Of a DNA stretch of 64,000 nucleotides, positions 11,863 to 24,681 are shown in pieces (the stretch's first letter is position 1; every line of letters begins with the position of its first letter). This DNA comes from Carcharhinus amblyrhynchos. Taxonomy: Eukaryota. Under the pieces are notes generated by a model. It made no database searches and was not told the DNA's origin. It saw only the letters and a program-made list of their open reading frames with translations. A program made the position numbers and the translations under genes. The DNA lies in the NCBI GenBank assembly GCA_965287045.1, contig OZ336880.1, forward strand, positions 73,408,001-73,472,000, given 5' to 3'.

Positions 11863-13619
11863 AGTATGAAGTTGCTAAACTCAGTGTTCAGACCAGTCAT
11901 ACCCTGAAATAAACAGCAGCTGTGTCCCTTCCATGATTTATTAGTTAATATCATTTTCAAGCACCTTGTCAAAGTGCAAGACATTAAAGAATATTCAGGC
12001 TACATAAAGTAAATTGAGACATGTTAGCGGATAAACTGTGAGTCAATTTCAACACAGGTGTGGATATCTTAACTTCATTTCACAAATAGCTTCAGAATTA
12101 CTTTTTGTTCAGTGGCATACCTGATACTTTGAGGTCAGTTTTATGAGTTCTAAATCAATTGGTTCGATAATCTTTTCATTCTCTGACAAGAATTTAAAAG
12201 TAGAACTGACATTAAATAGATTAGACCAATAAAATACCCTGGACTTCTAAAACTGAAATAACCTGAATGTTTTATTACAGAAACACAAATGAAATAAATA
12301 TACTTTTCCTTTTATAGATTTGAATATACGCCTTTAAAGGTTCACCAATGTGAAAACTCCATCTTTAGAAATCTGGTTATAAATACGATTACAGTAAAAG
12401 TAATCTGTTGCCAATCTGGTCTGCAGTAGCTGGTGAATGATGTCAGGTGACATTTATGTACAGCTATTAGTGACAGGTCAGATAGCATCTCTGAATGGTA
12501 AGATATATGAGCGTAAAATCTGAAATGATTTAGTTTAGTTTGTCCATGGTTTTGTATTAATGCCATAACCATATCAATCATCTCATCCTCCCCTAATGAA
12601 TAACAGCCACAAAATAAACTGCTGCAGGATTATTTCCCTTAAAATGCCTGTTGATTTTCCATACTCAAATATTGACTAACTGTCTGTGCTTGATGTATGA
12701 TTTACTGAGTTGATGCAGCCCACTGTTAGTCCTTAAGTATGAATTTTACTTTTTCAGCCAATTCAGAATAACTGCACATTTCATGATATATTAAAATTGA
12801 CTGCTTAAATGGACTCAGTGTGGGAGTTTCATTGGGTTTAAATTGATAACAGCTGGGCAGCCAAACAGATTAAGCATGTAAGAACTGAGAATAAAACTGG
12901 TTCCCTCTGCAAATGGCATTCTGTTCCACAAAAAGATGAAGAGGAGCTGCTGAATAAAGCTGGGAGTCTTTATTAATCAGGAGCACTAATTGATTACTTA
13001 GGTTATAAACTGCTCACACGCTGTGGGACTGCGTTAAAAAAGATTATACAGTGACTGAGATTTTCATGTGCAGGTAATGCTGTTGCTCTTGCCCTCCATT
13101 CTTCCATCTTTCTCCCTTCCCCATTTCAGTCTTTCATATCATCCTGCGTTTTATTGACCAACTGAGAACTATCATTCCCGATTCCTCGTTAATAGCAAAC
13201 ATGCGTTGCTGCAACTGCTTTCTCTTTCCTGTATCGTTAGCTGTCTTAAAAGGAAAATGTATCAAAATGCCTCATAATCCAGTTTGTTTAAAAAGTGATG
13301 AAGCAAGTTTATTTCAAAACTGGCATCTCCACAAGTCCATGAGCTTCAAGAACTTCTTTGCGAACAGGACCGTCATGTACACAACATGCGAATCTTCACA
13401 CCAGACCCATTTCATCAAGCCCACAACCATTCACATCAGGGAGATACAGACCAGTGTACACATTTTGCTGCCTGGAGAACTTCCAAGCATGCTCTGCAGG
13501 AAAAGACAAAGACTGTGACCAGGTACACCAGTTCCATGTGAAAATCCACCGTTCTTCATTCAATCTTTCTTTCCTCCAAACGAGCAACAGACTTTTAAAA
13601 TCTAACTCCATTAAAACTG

Positions 13620-14320
13620 AACCATAGAATCATAGAAGAATCATGGAATCATACGGTGCTAGATGCCCTTCGGCCCATCAAGTCTGCACCAACACATTAG
13701 AAAGACCTAAACTCCCATCTAATCCCATTTGTCAGCACTTGGCCCATAGCCCTAAATGTTATGACATGCCAAGTGCTCACCCAGGTACTTTTTAAAACTT
13801 GTGAGGCAACCTGCCTCTACCACTCTGCCAGGCAACACATTCCAGACCATCACTACCCTCTAAGTAAAAATGTTTTTCCTCACATCCCCCTAAACCTCCT
13901 CACGCTCACCTTGAACCTGTGTCCCCTGGTGACTGGCCCTTCAACTAAGGGGAACAAGCTGCTCCTTGTCCACTCTTTACATGTCCCTCATAATCTTGTA
14001 TACCTTGATCAGGTCACCTGCAAAATCATACAATGAGACAGCACTGTCTGTGTGGACTCTTTGAAAGACTTTTCTGATAAGTCCCATGTCATTGCCGTTT
14101 TCCCATAGTGTGCTGACTCTTTGAAAGAGCTATGTCATTAATCCCATTCCCCTGCCATTTTCCCGTCGTCCTGTAAATTTTTCCCCTTTAAGAATTTACC
14201 CAATTCCCTTTTGAATCTGCTCCCATCAGCCCTTTTGGAATTCCAGGTCATAAGAACAGCTGTGTAAAATATAAAACGTTCTTCATCTTGGCTGTGGTTC
14301 TTTTGCCAATAGCTCTTTCC
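13620..14320 (-). mobile_element. Two CR1 LINE 3' ends
   Basis: catagaatcataga terminal repeat and cttcggcccatcaagtctgcacc. Second tail at about 14110-14320. Confidence 0.8.
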
Positions 14321-14964
14321 TGCCTTTTTCAACTTTGGTGGAGTGAAATACTGTGGGTCTTCACCTCTGGTTTCTCAATTAAAAGGCATGTTGGGACCCT
14401 AACTATCACTTTTAATGTTTGTCGAGTGTATCTATTTGATCAGGAAAATATGAAATATATATTAGTTCCCAAAGTGAAGTCTCAGTAACCCGACCATGTA
14501 GTTATTCAAATAAAGTATTGCAGCTCAAGTTTTGCGTTCTGTGCACATTATGAGATCACTGGTAAATTTATGGAAGACCTGTAATTCACCCTTTGCAGAG
14601 CAGATTTTGAAAGAGAAGCCATCAGCTAACAATATACTTAAATGACAAGTAATTCTACTAAAACTTTAAAATCTTTAATCTTCATCTTGAGCTTTATAGC
14701 CTAAATTACATTGCTACACTCTCATAAAATGAACTGTATCACTAATTGATGTAATAAGTTACAAAATAATGTGAGGGGCCTGGCTGAGTTTCAGCTTCTG
14801 ACATCATTAATGGAATCGTCTGTTGCCATCAAGCGAGCAAGTTAAAGTGGAATTGTGCCCTGGTAATGCCTTCATCAAAAGGGCTGCCCTCATCCCATAA
14901 ACTACAAAGGAGGAAGAGATAAACTTCATCTTCGCCACATGGCTAGAATCTGGCTGAGTGGGTC

Positions 14965-15418
14965 AAATCCATTGAATCCGTCTACACTTCCCGCTGCCTC
15001 GGAAAAGCAGCCAGCATAATCAAGAACCCTGCGCACCACGGACATACTGGGTGGGATTTTACAGCCTCGTTCTTCCCAAAACCATAAAATCCCACCAGAG
15101 GTCAATGGACCTTTCCATGCCCCACCTCTCACCATCTCCAATTCCCATGGTGGACGGGACAGTAAAATTCTAGCCTCCATCTTCCATCATCTTCTGTCAG
15201 GAAAAGGTACAAAAGTCTAAGCTCAATTACCAACTAACTCAAGGACAGCTTCTTCCCTGCTGTCATCAGACTTTTGAATGGACCCAACTTAAAATAAGCT
15301 GGTCTTTCTCTACACCCTAGCTATGACTGTAACACTATATTCTGCACCCTCTCCTTTCCTTCTCCCCTATGTACTGAATGAACAGTATCTTTGTGACAAT
15401 AACAAATCAAGTCAAATT
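14965..15418 (+). mobile_element. Rex-Babar LINE 3' fragment interrupted by a MITE (15049-15176)
   Basis: Collinear with about 41520-41887; ends tgtgacaataacaaatcaagtcaaat. Confidence 0.8.
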
Positions 15419-15454
15419 TTAAAAATGCCCTTTTTAAAAAACATTTGATCTTTC

Positions 15455-15590
15455 ATTGGTAGCACTGCTGCTTGTGAATCAGAAGGTTATGGTTTCAAAC
15501 CCTATACCAGGTGTGAGAACAGAATCCAACCTGCCACTGCAGTGTTGTGCTGAGAGAGTGCTGCACTGCCGGAGGTGGTGTTTTTCATTT
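15455..15590 (+). mobile_element. Deu-domain SINE 5' part
   Basis: ggtagcact..tgaatcagaaggttatggtttcaaaccc tRNA head and gagagtgctgcactg block. Confidence 0.6.
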
Positions 15591-15699
15591 AGAAAGGTGC
15601 ATGCTTTCTTTCTGTCTATTATTTCTTTTTCTAAACCAGAGAGGTGATTTACTCCAGTAGACTCCTCCCATGCCAGGAAGATAAAAAGTTATCCCCATG

Positions 15700-16020
15700 A
15701 CTCCTCTCCAAGTGGAGGACTGTTTCATTTCTTGTAAAGCCATTTCATGGAGAATCAGTATGTTGGTTCTTGGGTGATGTGTGCGACAGGTAAACTGATT
15801 CCTGACAGCATGACATTGCTCAATAACCCCTGAAAGTTAACTATGGCCAACAGTAAAGGTTGGATCCGAGTACTTTGATTCAGCATTCATGAAGAAGACA
15901 AAATGCTACGGATCTGTTCTCAGTTTCTAGCCAGAGACAGACTGTATACATGAATCAGTTAAGGAGCCTTTACCAGTCAGGACATTTCTGGTCTTGCTGT
16001 AACTCTCTTTATTTGCAGAA
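15700..16020 (+). mobile_element. Possible L1/Tx1 reverse transcriptase relic
   Basis: KWRTVSFL (cf. NWRPISLL) and GKLIPDSMTLL (cf. GRxIxDxxxLL); heavily decayed. Confidence 0.35.
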
Positions 16021-16314
16021 ACCTCCAGAGGATGAAGTCTCCATTAACCTTTTTACACAATATTGAGTCAGAAATACGTCTCCCAGAATGCAGTCCCTTT
16101 ATGAATTAATATTTAGAGATGAGATACCTGTTGAGAACTTTTAATATCAAACGTGCTGGCGAATAGTCTTGGTGAGATATTTTTCCCATCCCTTTGTGTG
16201 TTATCAATTTTCTTGTTCAGAATAGAATGTTGAACAGAGTGGATTTTTTTTTCAAAAAGCCCATTGAAACATAAGGAAAAGTTGAAATTAAGGTACAGCA
16301 AAGACCAAAGGAAA

Positions 16315-16780
16315 ATATGGATTAGGAACAGTAATAGCCTGTCAGGCCCTTGAGCTCTGCCATTCAATAAGATCATGGCTGATCTTGGATTGTAACTTCA
16401 ACTCTACATTCCAGCCAACCTCTATAATCTCATATCCCCAATGTTAATCAAGAATCTATCTAGGTCTGTCTTAAAAATATTCAAAGATTCTGCTTCCATT
16501 GCCTTTGGAGGAACAGTTTCAGAGACTTATGCTTCCCTGAGAGAGAAACGTTCTTCTCATCTCAGTCTTAAATGTGTCCCTTTATTTTTAAACAGTGACC
16601 TCTTTAAGCGGAAAAGCAGAAAACGTCTTTCCACATCCACCCTGTCAATATCACTCAAAATCTTGAAGGTTTCAATCAAGTCACCTCTTACTCTTCTAAA
16701 CTCAAATGGATACAAACTTAACCTCTCCAAACTTTCGTCATAAGACAGCCTGCGCGTTCCTGGTATTCACTTGGTAGACT
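16315..16780 (-). mobile_element. CR1 LINE 3' end
   Basis: ctctgccattcaataagatcatggctgatc; ggtttcaatcaagtcacctctta is the reverse of RGDLIET. Confidence 0.85.
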
Positions 16781-17324
16781 GTGTTGCACATCATCCAGGT
16801 GGCCAAAAATACAATACACATGACCATTTTTATATTATATATTTTAAAGCATTGTGATCCATCTCAGCAAATCCACAGCACTTTCCATCAATGGTTCTTG
16901 ACCCTCTGATCCAGAAGATACAGTTTTATTGACTATCTGCCTTTCACAGAAATGCATGACACAAGAATTAACATTCACCCTTACTTACAATAACTGTTAC
17001 TAGATTTGCTGCAGTTTGGTGCCAGGATACCATTCTTTTGGAAACGGTAGAAAATGAAACATGTATGAAGAAGTCGCAGCAGTGGCCAATCAACCAACCA
17101 GCTTTAGTTTCAGCTTTGCTGGGGTTATTAGTTAAGAGGGAGGAGTTGAGAGAGGAGGTGAGGAATAAGACGAGTTCCATTATTCAACATTAATGACATA
17201 TCACATTAAATTAGATATCAATGTTGGCGAAAGCTGCAGAGAACTGCTTAATCCAAGATTTATCACCACCTGAGTGAATGTCTAGGATAGAAAGCAAGGA
17301 ATCTGCATTGCCACTGCAATGTCA

Positions 17325-17830
17325 TGGAATCTTATAAAGGATTACAGCATGGAAACAGGCTCTTCGGCCCAACTTGTCCATGCTGCTCTTTTTTTTTAAA
17401 TTCCTAAACTAATCCCATTTGCCCGCATTTGGCCCATATCCCTCTATACCCATCTTATCCATGTAATTATCTAAATGCTGGTTAAAAGACAAAATTGTAC
17501 CCACCTCTACTACTGCTCTGGCAGCTTGTTCCAGACACTCACCACCCTCTGTGTGAAATAATTGCCCCTCTCACTTTTGTATCTCTCCTCTCACCTTAAA
17601 CCTATGCTCTCTAGTTTTAGACTCCACTGCTTTTGGGAAAAGATATTGACTATCTAGCTCATCTGTGCCCCTCATTATTTTATAGAACTCTATAAGATCA
17701 TCCCTCAGCCTCCTATGCTCCAGAGAAAAAAGTCTCAGTCTATCTAGCCTCTCCTTATATCCCAAACCATCAAGTTCTGGTGGCATCCTCGTAAATCTTT
17801 TCTGCACTCTTTCTAGTTTAATAATATCTC
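17325..17830 (-). mobile_element. CR1 LINE 3' end with ORF2 C-terminus
   Basis: ORF 17571-17807 QKRFTRMPPELDGLGYKERLDRLRLFSLEHRRLRDDLIEFYKIMRG is the classic CR1 ORF2 tail. Confidence 0.92.
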
Positions 17831-18704
17831 TAAATGGTTGGCTGGAATTTGCTTTTTGTCGCTTAGTTAAACATTATGGAAACTAATCTAAACAAAATAT
17901 GGATTTAGAAATTTGGGCAATCACCTACACAGCAGAAACATATACACTTCTGCGCAATGGAATATATATTACACAGAGCTCAAATTCTCCAGCCATGCAC
18001 TGGACCACTATTTTAGTTTTGCAGATTTCTCCTTTACTATAAGGAGATTAGGTTTAATAATAAATAACATCTCAATACTGTTTGGCCCTTGATGGATTTA
18101 TTTCTTCGTGCTTCACTGTAAACATTGTCCAAGCAAAAAAGCTGTTTCTACCTATTTCTTAAACTTAATCTTTTCCTTTTGATCGTTAAAGCATAACATT
18201 TACTGCTCAAAGAGTTTATTGTGAATGTAAGTCCAATGTGTTACGGGGTATTTAACCAAAGTAGGTTCACCCAGTTTTTGACCAAAGCATAAATGAGGAT
18301 TTGAAGCTATTCTAGACAGGCGGCAGTGTTGCAACAGATTGAAGGTTAAATGCATTGATTTGCTTACATTATCCTCCGAAACATAGGAGGTAAATAGGAA
18401 GGCAGAGAGAAGTGCTGCCGTTCTTACAACATTTCCTTCTGTTTGATTACGTGGTGGAATTTTATAATTGGCCATCTTAATACATCATCTGACAGCTAAA
18501 GGAAGGCTCATACTGATATTGTATTGTTTCCTATTATGTGATCTATTTCATGAAATGCTTGCTTTTGAGGTAGTTTTTGTATTAAAGCATTAATTAAGAA
18601 TCAATCCATTGTGGATTGAGTTCTAACTACAGGTGTCTTTGGAAGGGCTCTCAAGCTGTCATTCTGCAGTTGTATTGGCAATTTTTAGTTCCATTCATTC
18701 ATAA

Positions 18705-18930
18705 GGATGTAGGCTTCATCAAGCGGTGAGTCAACTTCTCTGTAACATAGTGAAAGTACTCCCACAGTGCTACTAGATTTGGAGTTCATGGATTTTGATC
18801 CAGAGATAATAAAGTAACAGTGATACATTTCCAGTTCAGGATGGTGTGTGACTTGGAGGGATTCTAGAAAGTGATGGCTCCAATGTGACTTTTGACCTTC
18901 TAGGTTATGGGTTTGGGAGTCATAAACCAA
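18705..18930 (-). mobile_element. Non-LTR LINE 3' fragment (same family as 62200-62805)
   Basis: ggatggtgtgtgacttggagggg is the reverse of the ccttcaagtcacatacc block at about 62255. Confidence 0.6.
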
Positions 18931-18987
18931 TGAATGTGAACGATTTCTGCATATGTCACACATATTTAAACAAATCTTTAAGCTGAT

Positions 18988-19318
18988 GGGTGGCATGGGG
19001 GCACAGTTGTCAGCACTGATGCCTCACAGCGCCAGGAATCCGGAGTCAATTCAGGCCTTGAGTCACTGTCTGTGTGGAGTTTGCTCATTCTCCCCGTGTC
19101 TGTGTAGGTTTCCTCCTGGTGTTCCAGTTTCTTCCCACACTCCAAAGATGTGTGGGTTAGTTGATTGGCCATGATAAATTGCCCTCAGTGTCAGGGAGGT
19201 TAGGAGGGTAAATACGTGGAGTAACGGGGATCGGACCTGGGTGGGATTGTTGTCAGTGCAGGCTCAATATGCCAAATGGCCAGCTTCTGCACAATAGATT
19301 CTATGATTCAATGATTCT
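18988..19318 (+). mobile_element. HE1-type V-SINE with CR1-derived tail (type 1)
   Basis: tRNA head, gggtttcctcc-type V-domain, tail ctgggtgggattgttg..ctatgattcaatgattct. Confidence 0.9.
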
Positions 19319-20423
19319 GATGCAGTGAATGTTAATGCCTTAACTATGTTCCTGTAAGCCAATGAGCATACTTATTAGGAATAAACTTACACAATAAGAA
19401 ATCCTCAATAACGCAGTGACATATTTGACTTAGAGTGCTGCAATACACCAGAATAATGATGCATAGTCAATATACCAGATATTAATCTTCTGCTGCTGAA
19501 ACCAGGAACCATCAAAAAATCATAAGCAAAATTAAAGTTAATGATCTCAAGTGTCAGTATTTGTAAGTACATTTATTGTACAAATGGAATATCATGTTTA
19601 CATACAGTTTAAGAAAAAAATTCCAATCATGATTTAACCTAAACAGAACACTTGTAACCTCATGCCTCATGGAATATTAGACAACTCATTTGGGATATAC
19701 AGCACCATAGAAAACCTGGCAAAATTGTCTAAACATCTCTTGGATTACTGGATGCAGCTGAAGCTGGACACTAAATCATCCAGAAAGCTGAAGTTTATGT
19801 CACTACCTTGTGCTCACTCAGCACATATCATGAGTTACTGGTCATGTGACTCAATGGGACAGCTTTTATGGAGAGAATGGGGAACAGAGGTCAGGAACTG
19901 CCTCATTTAGTAAATGCCCTCTGTCACTCAATCACAAAATCATGATGACTGAAGCCCAAAACCATCTCAGCCAAAGAGAAGTCAAATCTGCAAGTTCCAC
20001 TCATTTTGTTGGTTGATGAGCTCTGCAGCAGTAAAAATTGACGTTCAAGGGGTATAAGGAGCAGGGATGGGAGGGTAGAAATGGAGTTCAAACCCAAGTC
20101 AGCAATCCTATTGAATAAAGAACAGGCTCAATGGGGCATGTGGTCCACCTGTGCTCTTATTACTTGTGTCCTTGTGTTCTTTATCAACTGCCCTTGTCAG
20201 AATACCTGATAACCTTGATAATAGTTTTTAATGTGTTTCTTAAAAGACGCTGGGGAGTGATTTTCATTGAATACTTTAGAAGTTGAAGGGACGTAGAGTG
20301 GCCAGGGTGGATTCTTAAACTGAACTGCCAGTCTAGCCCATGTTTCGGGCAAGATGCCACTAAAAGTTGAATCCAATGATGGATAGCCACCAAGAGGTTT
20401 GTTAAATAGCTTCATACCACTTA

Positions 20424-21270
20424 AGGCTGGATTTTACAGCTAGCTTTGGCGACAGATTTGTGGGGCAGGGTGGGGACGCGTGTGGTGTCATAACAGGACA
20501 TGTCTACCGCTTACCCACCCCTGCTGCTGCCACAATTCTTCCAGTGGTAGGGGGAGGCCTGCCTGTGGGACAGTTATCGGCCACTTAAGGGCCTCATCCA
20601 GCTGTGATTTAACTGAGGTGGCAAGAAAAGGGGGGGTGGTGGCGGTAGCGGAGTTTGGGGTAGTGGGAGGGGGTGGGGAGAGGGAGGTGAAATGACCCGT
20701 TCCATTGAACAATGTGACTCATTGTCATATAGCTCATGATATGCGCTTCCAGAGCACAATACAGTGACTTCAAATTTAGCTTTCTGGGTGATTAGTGCCC
20801 AACTCAACTAGATCTAGTAATCCAAGTATATACAACAAACGTACAGCTGGCAGACTTCACTACCCCTGCTGGCGGCAAGTAAGTGGCAGGGAGGGATTGG
20901 GGGGGCCTCTTAAAGGACACCTTAAACTATTGGAGGCCCTTCCCCCAGATTGTTTTATCTCTCTCCACAGTTCTTCTCCCCCACTGCCCATATACACAGG
21001 CCTCCCAAATCCTCTAGTCCCCCTCACCAGAGCCTTCTAGCCTGCTCCTGCTAATACTTCTCCCCCACTCAGCTTTAACTTTGGTTCCACGCCTTTGGTA
21101 ACTCTCGTATTCCCAGCACTAGCCAACACTTCAGATAATCTGGAAAAGAGAGCTGCCAGGCACTTGATTGGACGGACGGGAAGCTACCTATCAAGATGGG
21201 GGTGGAAGACCTGTCTTAGACTGGTTAACAACCTGAGGAGTCATTAAATGCTTGCAGGGCAATGCATCAG
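20424..21270. mobile_element. GC-rich non-autonomous DNA transposon fragments (Harbinger-like)
   Basis: Starts ggctggattttac, like the MITE TIRs; gccacttaagggcctc motif shared with similar blocks elsewhere. Confidence 0.45.
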
Positions 21271-21899
21271 AGTAGGATTTTTTTTTGTTAGGGTAAGGGG
21301 TGGTTAGTGATAGGGTTAATCTGATGGCGTTGGTGGGGGAAGTGATGTGTCGGGGGGGGTGTTGATGGGAGGGGTGGCATGGTAGTGGTGTTAGTCAGGG
21401 TGATGGGGTTGCTAATGCTCATTAAAGTGTCCATAATGTTTTGGTGACTAACACTTCGTCTAATACTTTCTCCTATCAGTGATTAGCTATTTGGGGGCTA
21501 TCAGGGCACTCGTGCTGATTTGAAGCACTTAATCGGATGCTCGCCATTTAACGGTCATTGCTGCTGAGGCTGTAGAGTGGCCAGAGACGTAGAGTGGCCA
21601 GGGTCCCTTGAAACACAATGAGAGGCTTCCTCTGACAATTTGTACAAAAATAGAAACAGGGACATTGAAGAAGGACTTCAGCCCTTTGAGTCTGCTCTGC
21701 CATTCATTATGATTCTGGCTGATTAATAAATTCAATCTCCTGATCCTGTCTTCCCCCAATAAACAGCCAAGAAACATTTTATTTTTCTGAAGTTCTCTGA
21801 GGACTCCAGCTATAAGAGTAAGTGCTTTGCTTCTCCACCTTCTAGAACACCAATAAGAATCTCCTCAAAAAGAAAGGCAGTCATTGGTTGCTCATGGTT

Positions 21900-22060
21900 A
21901 CCACTAGGTGGGAAGAGGACACAAAGCCAGGCATTAGCATGAGCTGCTGCAGAAGAAGGGAACAGAAGGGCATGGAGGAAATAGAGATCCCTCTTCCTCT
22001 GATGCTCCTCCACAGGGACCTCAAATGCTGCACTTGAGAACCTGGACACCTTCTTCCTCA
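21900..22060 (-). pseudogene. Myb/SANT-like DNA-binding ORF relic of a PIF/Harbinger transposon
   Basis: SRFSSAAFEVPVEEHQRKRDLYF resembles the PRFSxxxLExLVxxVxxRRxxLF start of Harbinger Myb/SANT proteins. Confidence 0.55.
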
Positions 22061-22134
22061 GCTCCTGGGTTATTCAGCAATGTGCCACTGTTCTCCAGCC
22101 ACAACTGTTCATGTCTAAAGCCCAGAGTGAGTGG

Positions 22135-22308
22135 TCATGCTGAATTGCCCCTTAGTGTCCCAAGGTTAGGTGGATTGGCCATGATCAATATATAAGGTTA
22201 TGGGGTTAGAGCAGGGATTGGGCCAAGGTCGGGTGCTCTTTCAAAGGGTTGGCGCAGACCCAATGGGCTGAATGGCCTCTTCTGAACTGTAGGGATTCTA
22301 TGATTCTA
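22135..22308 (+). mobile_element. V-SINE 3' half (CR1-type tail)
   Basis: catgctgaattgccccttagtgtcc..gggattctatgattcta. Confidence 0.8.
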
Positions 22309-24313
22309 AGGAGCCACATTTACCTTTCACAAGAATTACATCCAATCAGTGGTTGTGTGCTATATCTGTAGGTGTCTTTTAGCATCTACAGGCAAGTTCA
22401 AATTAACCAGCAATTAGGACCAAAGTCATGGGCTAAATCCAAGCTTCCCAAACAGGCGAGTATGCACTATAGTATATTAAAACTGGTTATTAGCCAATTA
22501 GCAATTTTCGTGTTGGGGTTTTCTATCCGAAAGCTCCACTGTCCTGGCACCATTTCTTGCTCCCTTTTGTCAGTTCCTTAGTTAAGTAATTTAACAAGAT
22601 TATAGCATTTATGTTGCAAAATGTCAGCTGGTCTTATAACATAAATTGGGTGAAGAGTTGTGTCAGCAGGAAAATGGCATGAGTTTGCATGTTTTTTAAG
22701 AGTCCGAGATGGTCCATAATATATGTTTCATGATTAATTTACCATAAAAATATTAAACAGCTGTGGTTGTTTAAATGATTCATCAGCATAACGCCACACT
22801 AAAACTTTTCAATCAAGTTTCTTCAGGAGCTTTCGGTTCTGGGTGTTTAAATAGAGTATATTTTTAATGGATATTAAATTGATCATAGCTATGACTGAAT
22901 ATTATCATTATATTAATAATTGATTCTTAATTGTGATTGGCTGAAAGGTCACAAATCATTTGACAATTTTTGGTAGTATAACATTTAGTCATAATTCCAA
23001 TGAAATGAGGTTCACTGTTGCAAGTAAATAAAAGTGATGGTAACCATGGTGATTAAGCGTTGCATAATGGTTACACTTGACTTACTAATATTAGATTAAG
23101 TTGCAGTAAAAAATATGTTTGGTGGTGTTGATCACCTGGGTGTGTTAGTGATTCAACAGCTTTTGACTGTGTTAAACATGGGCCAGAAGCAAGACTGCTG
23201 GTGAAGCTATTTGAAGCAAGATTTTCCACTCGGCATCAGTAGCTGAGCAACATTTGAACTGCTGTTTTTGTTTTCTCCATGCCGCTTTCAGCGTTAATAT
23301 TCTGGATATAAGATTTAGTAGCAAGTTAAATTTTCCAGTCAGGTCCTGTGATAATTGGAATGCTTGGCGTGGACCCAGTTAACAACAATGGCTATTTATT
23401 AACTAATGCAGACGATGTACAGACTGCTTCAATACATGTCTGCTCCATTCACTTCTAGGATCAGTTCTGATGGTAAAAGCGCATGCCCACTGGAATTTGC
23501 ATGCTCGTGTCCCATTGGGTGATCAGGTCACATGAGCCTCTGGGCACTGAACCCTTAAAGAAGCTGACTGATACACCCTTCCCCCTTTAAGTCCCCTAAC
23601 ACATTATGGCCGGGATTCTCCAGCATTTCACACCAGCGGGATTGTCCAGTCCTGCTGCAAGTGAACGGAAATTTGGCTGAGTGCAGCGGGGTGCAGGGGG
23701 TTGGGGGGGATGGGTGGTGGGGGGAGGTGAATGGCTGGAGGATTCTGGCCTGTATCTTCAAAAGTTGAAGTATTTACATAGCATTAACAATAATAAATAT
23801 TTTTAATATAACTCATCAGAAGCTCAGTCTATCAGGAGATTTGTTTTCTCTGGGAGTGACATCGCTCAACTGGCTGTAATTCAACACAAGAGGTAGATTC
23901 AGTTGGACTTTCTTGAGTCTGTTTCTCTTTTTGTAAAGTCACATCACTTTCCACTGTTTCCTGGCTTTCAATGGGATCAACAGTTGGTTCTGCAACAGGC
24001 TGACTTACCTCTTCACTCCTTTGATCAGCGACAACACAACTAACAGGCACAATTGGAATAGCTACAACACTTGCCCTTGAGATGACTCTCAACTTCTTAA
24101 ATGATTGAAGTGCTTCTTTAGAACTTTGTCCTAAACTTCCGCTTTGTAGGATGCTGGACCAGCTCTGGCCTCTACAACTCCTGGGACCCAACTTGGCCTG
24201 TTCCCAAATCTTTTGCAAATACTGGATCTATTTATCTCAAATGCTGTTGCGAGTGTTGATGAATCATGGTTCCTTTCCTGCATACTCCACTCTTTCTGCC
24301 AAACTTGGAATTG

Positions 24314-24681
24314 ATGTGGAGATGCCGGCGTTGGACTGGGATAAACACAGTAAGAAGTCTGACAACACCAGGTTTAAGTCCAACCGATTTATTTGATAGT
24401 AAACTCACAAGCTTTCGAGGTTAACCTCTTCATCAGGTGACTGGAGAGTTCAGAGCATTTAAGCACAGACAGTTTACAGATTACTAATTAGAATGTGAAT
24501 CTTTACACCTAACCTGCTATTCAAGTCTTAAAGTGGCCAACAATGTGAGTGGAAAGAGCACTGATCACAGGTTAAAGAGATATGTATTGTCTCCAGACAG
24601 TACAGTAAGTGAGGTTTTACAAACCCAGGCAAGGTGCGGGGGTTACAGATAGTGCAACATGAACCCAAGATCCCTGTTGAG
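24314..24681 (-). mobile_element. Penelope-like pLTR fragment nested in the Gypsy element
   Basis: Collinear with 8605-8961; flanked by direct repeat ACTTGGAATTG (24303-13 and 24682-92). Confidence 0.85.
24405..24440 (-). ncRNA. Minimal type I hammerhead ribozyme motif, intact
   Basis: UCAC-CUGAUGA-A-GAGG-UUAA-CCUC-GAAA-GC-UU-GUGA: stem I UCAC/GUGA, full catalytic core, perfect stem II, palindromic AAGCUU stem III. Confidence 0.8.

Noticed and set aside
23832-24218. 128-aa ORF as a host gene exon
   Set aside because: It lies inside the Gypsy provirus and corresponds to the low-complexity region after integrase.
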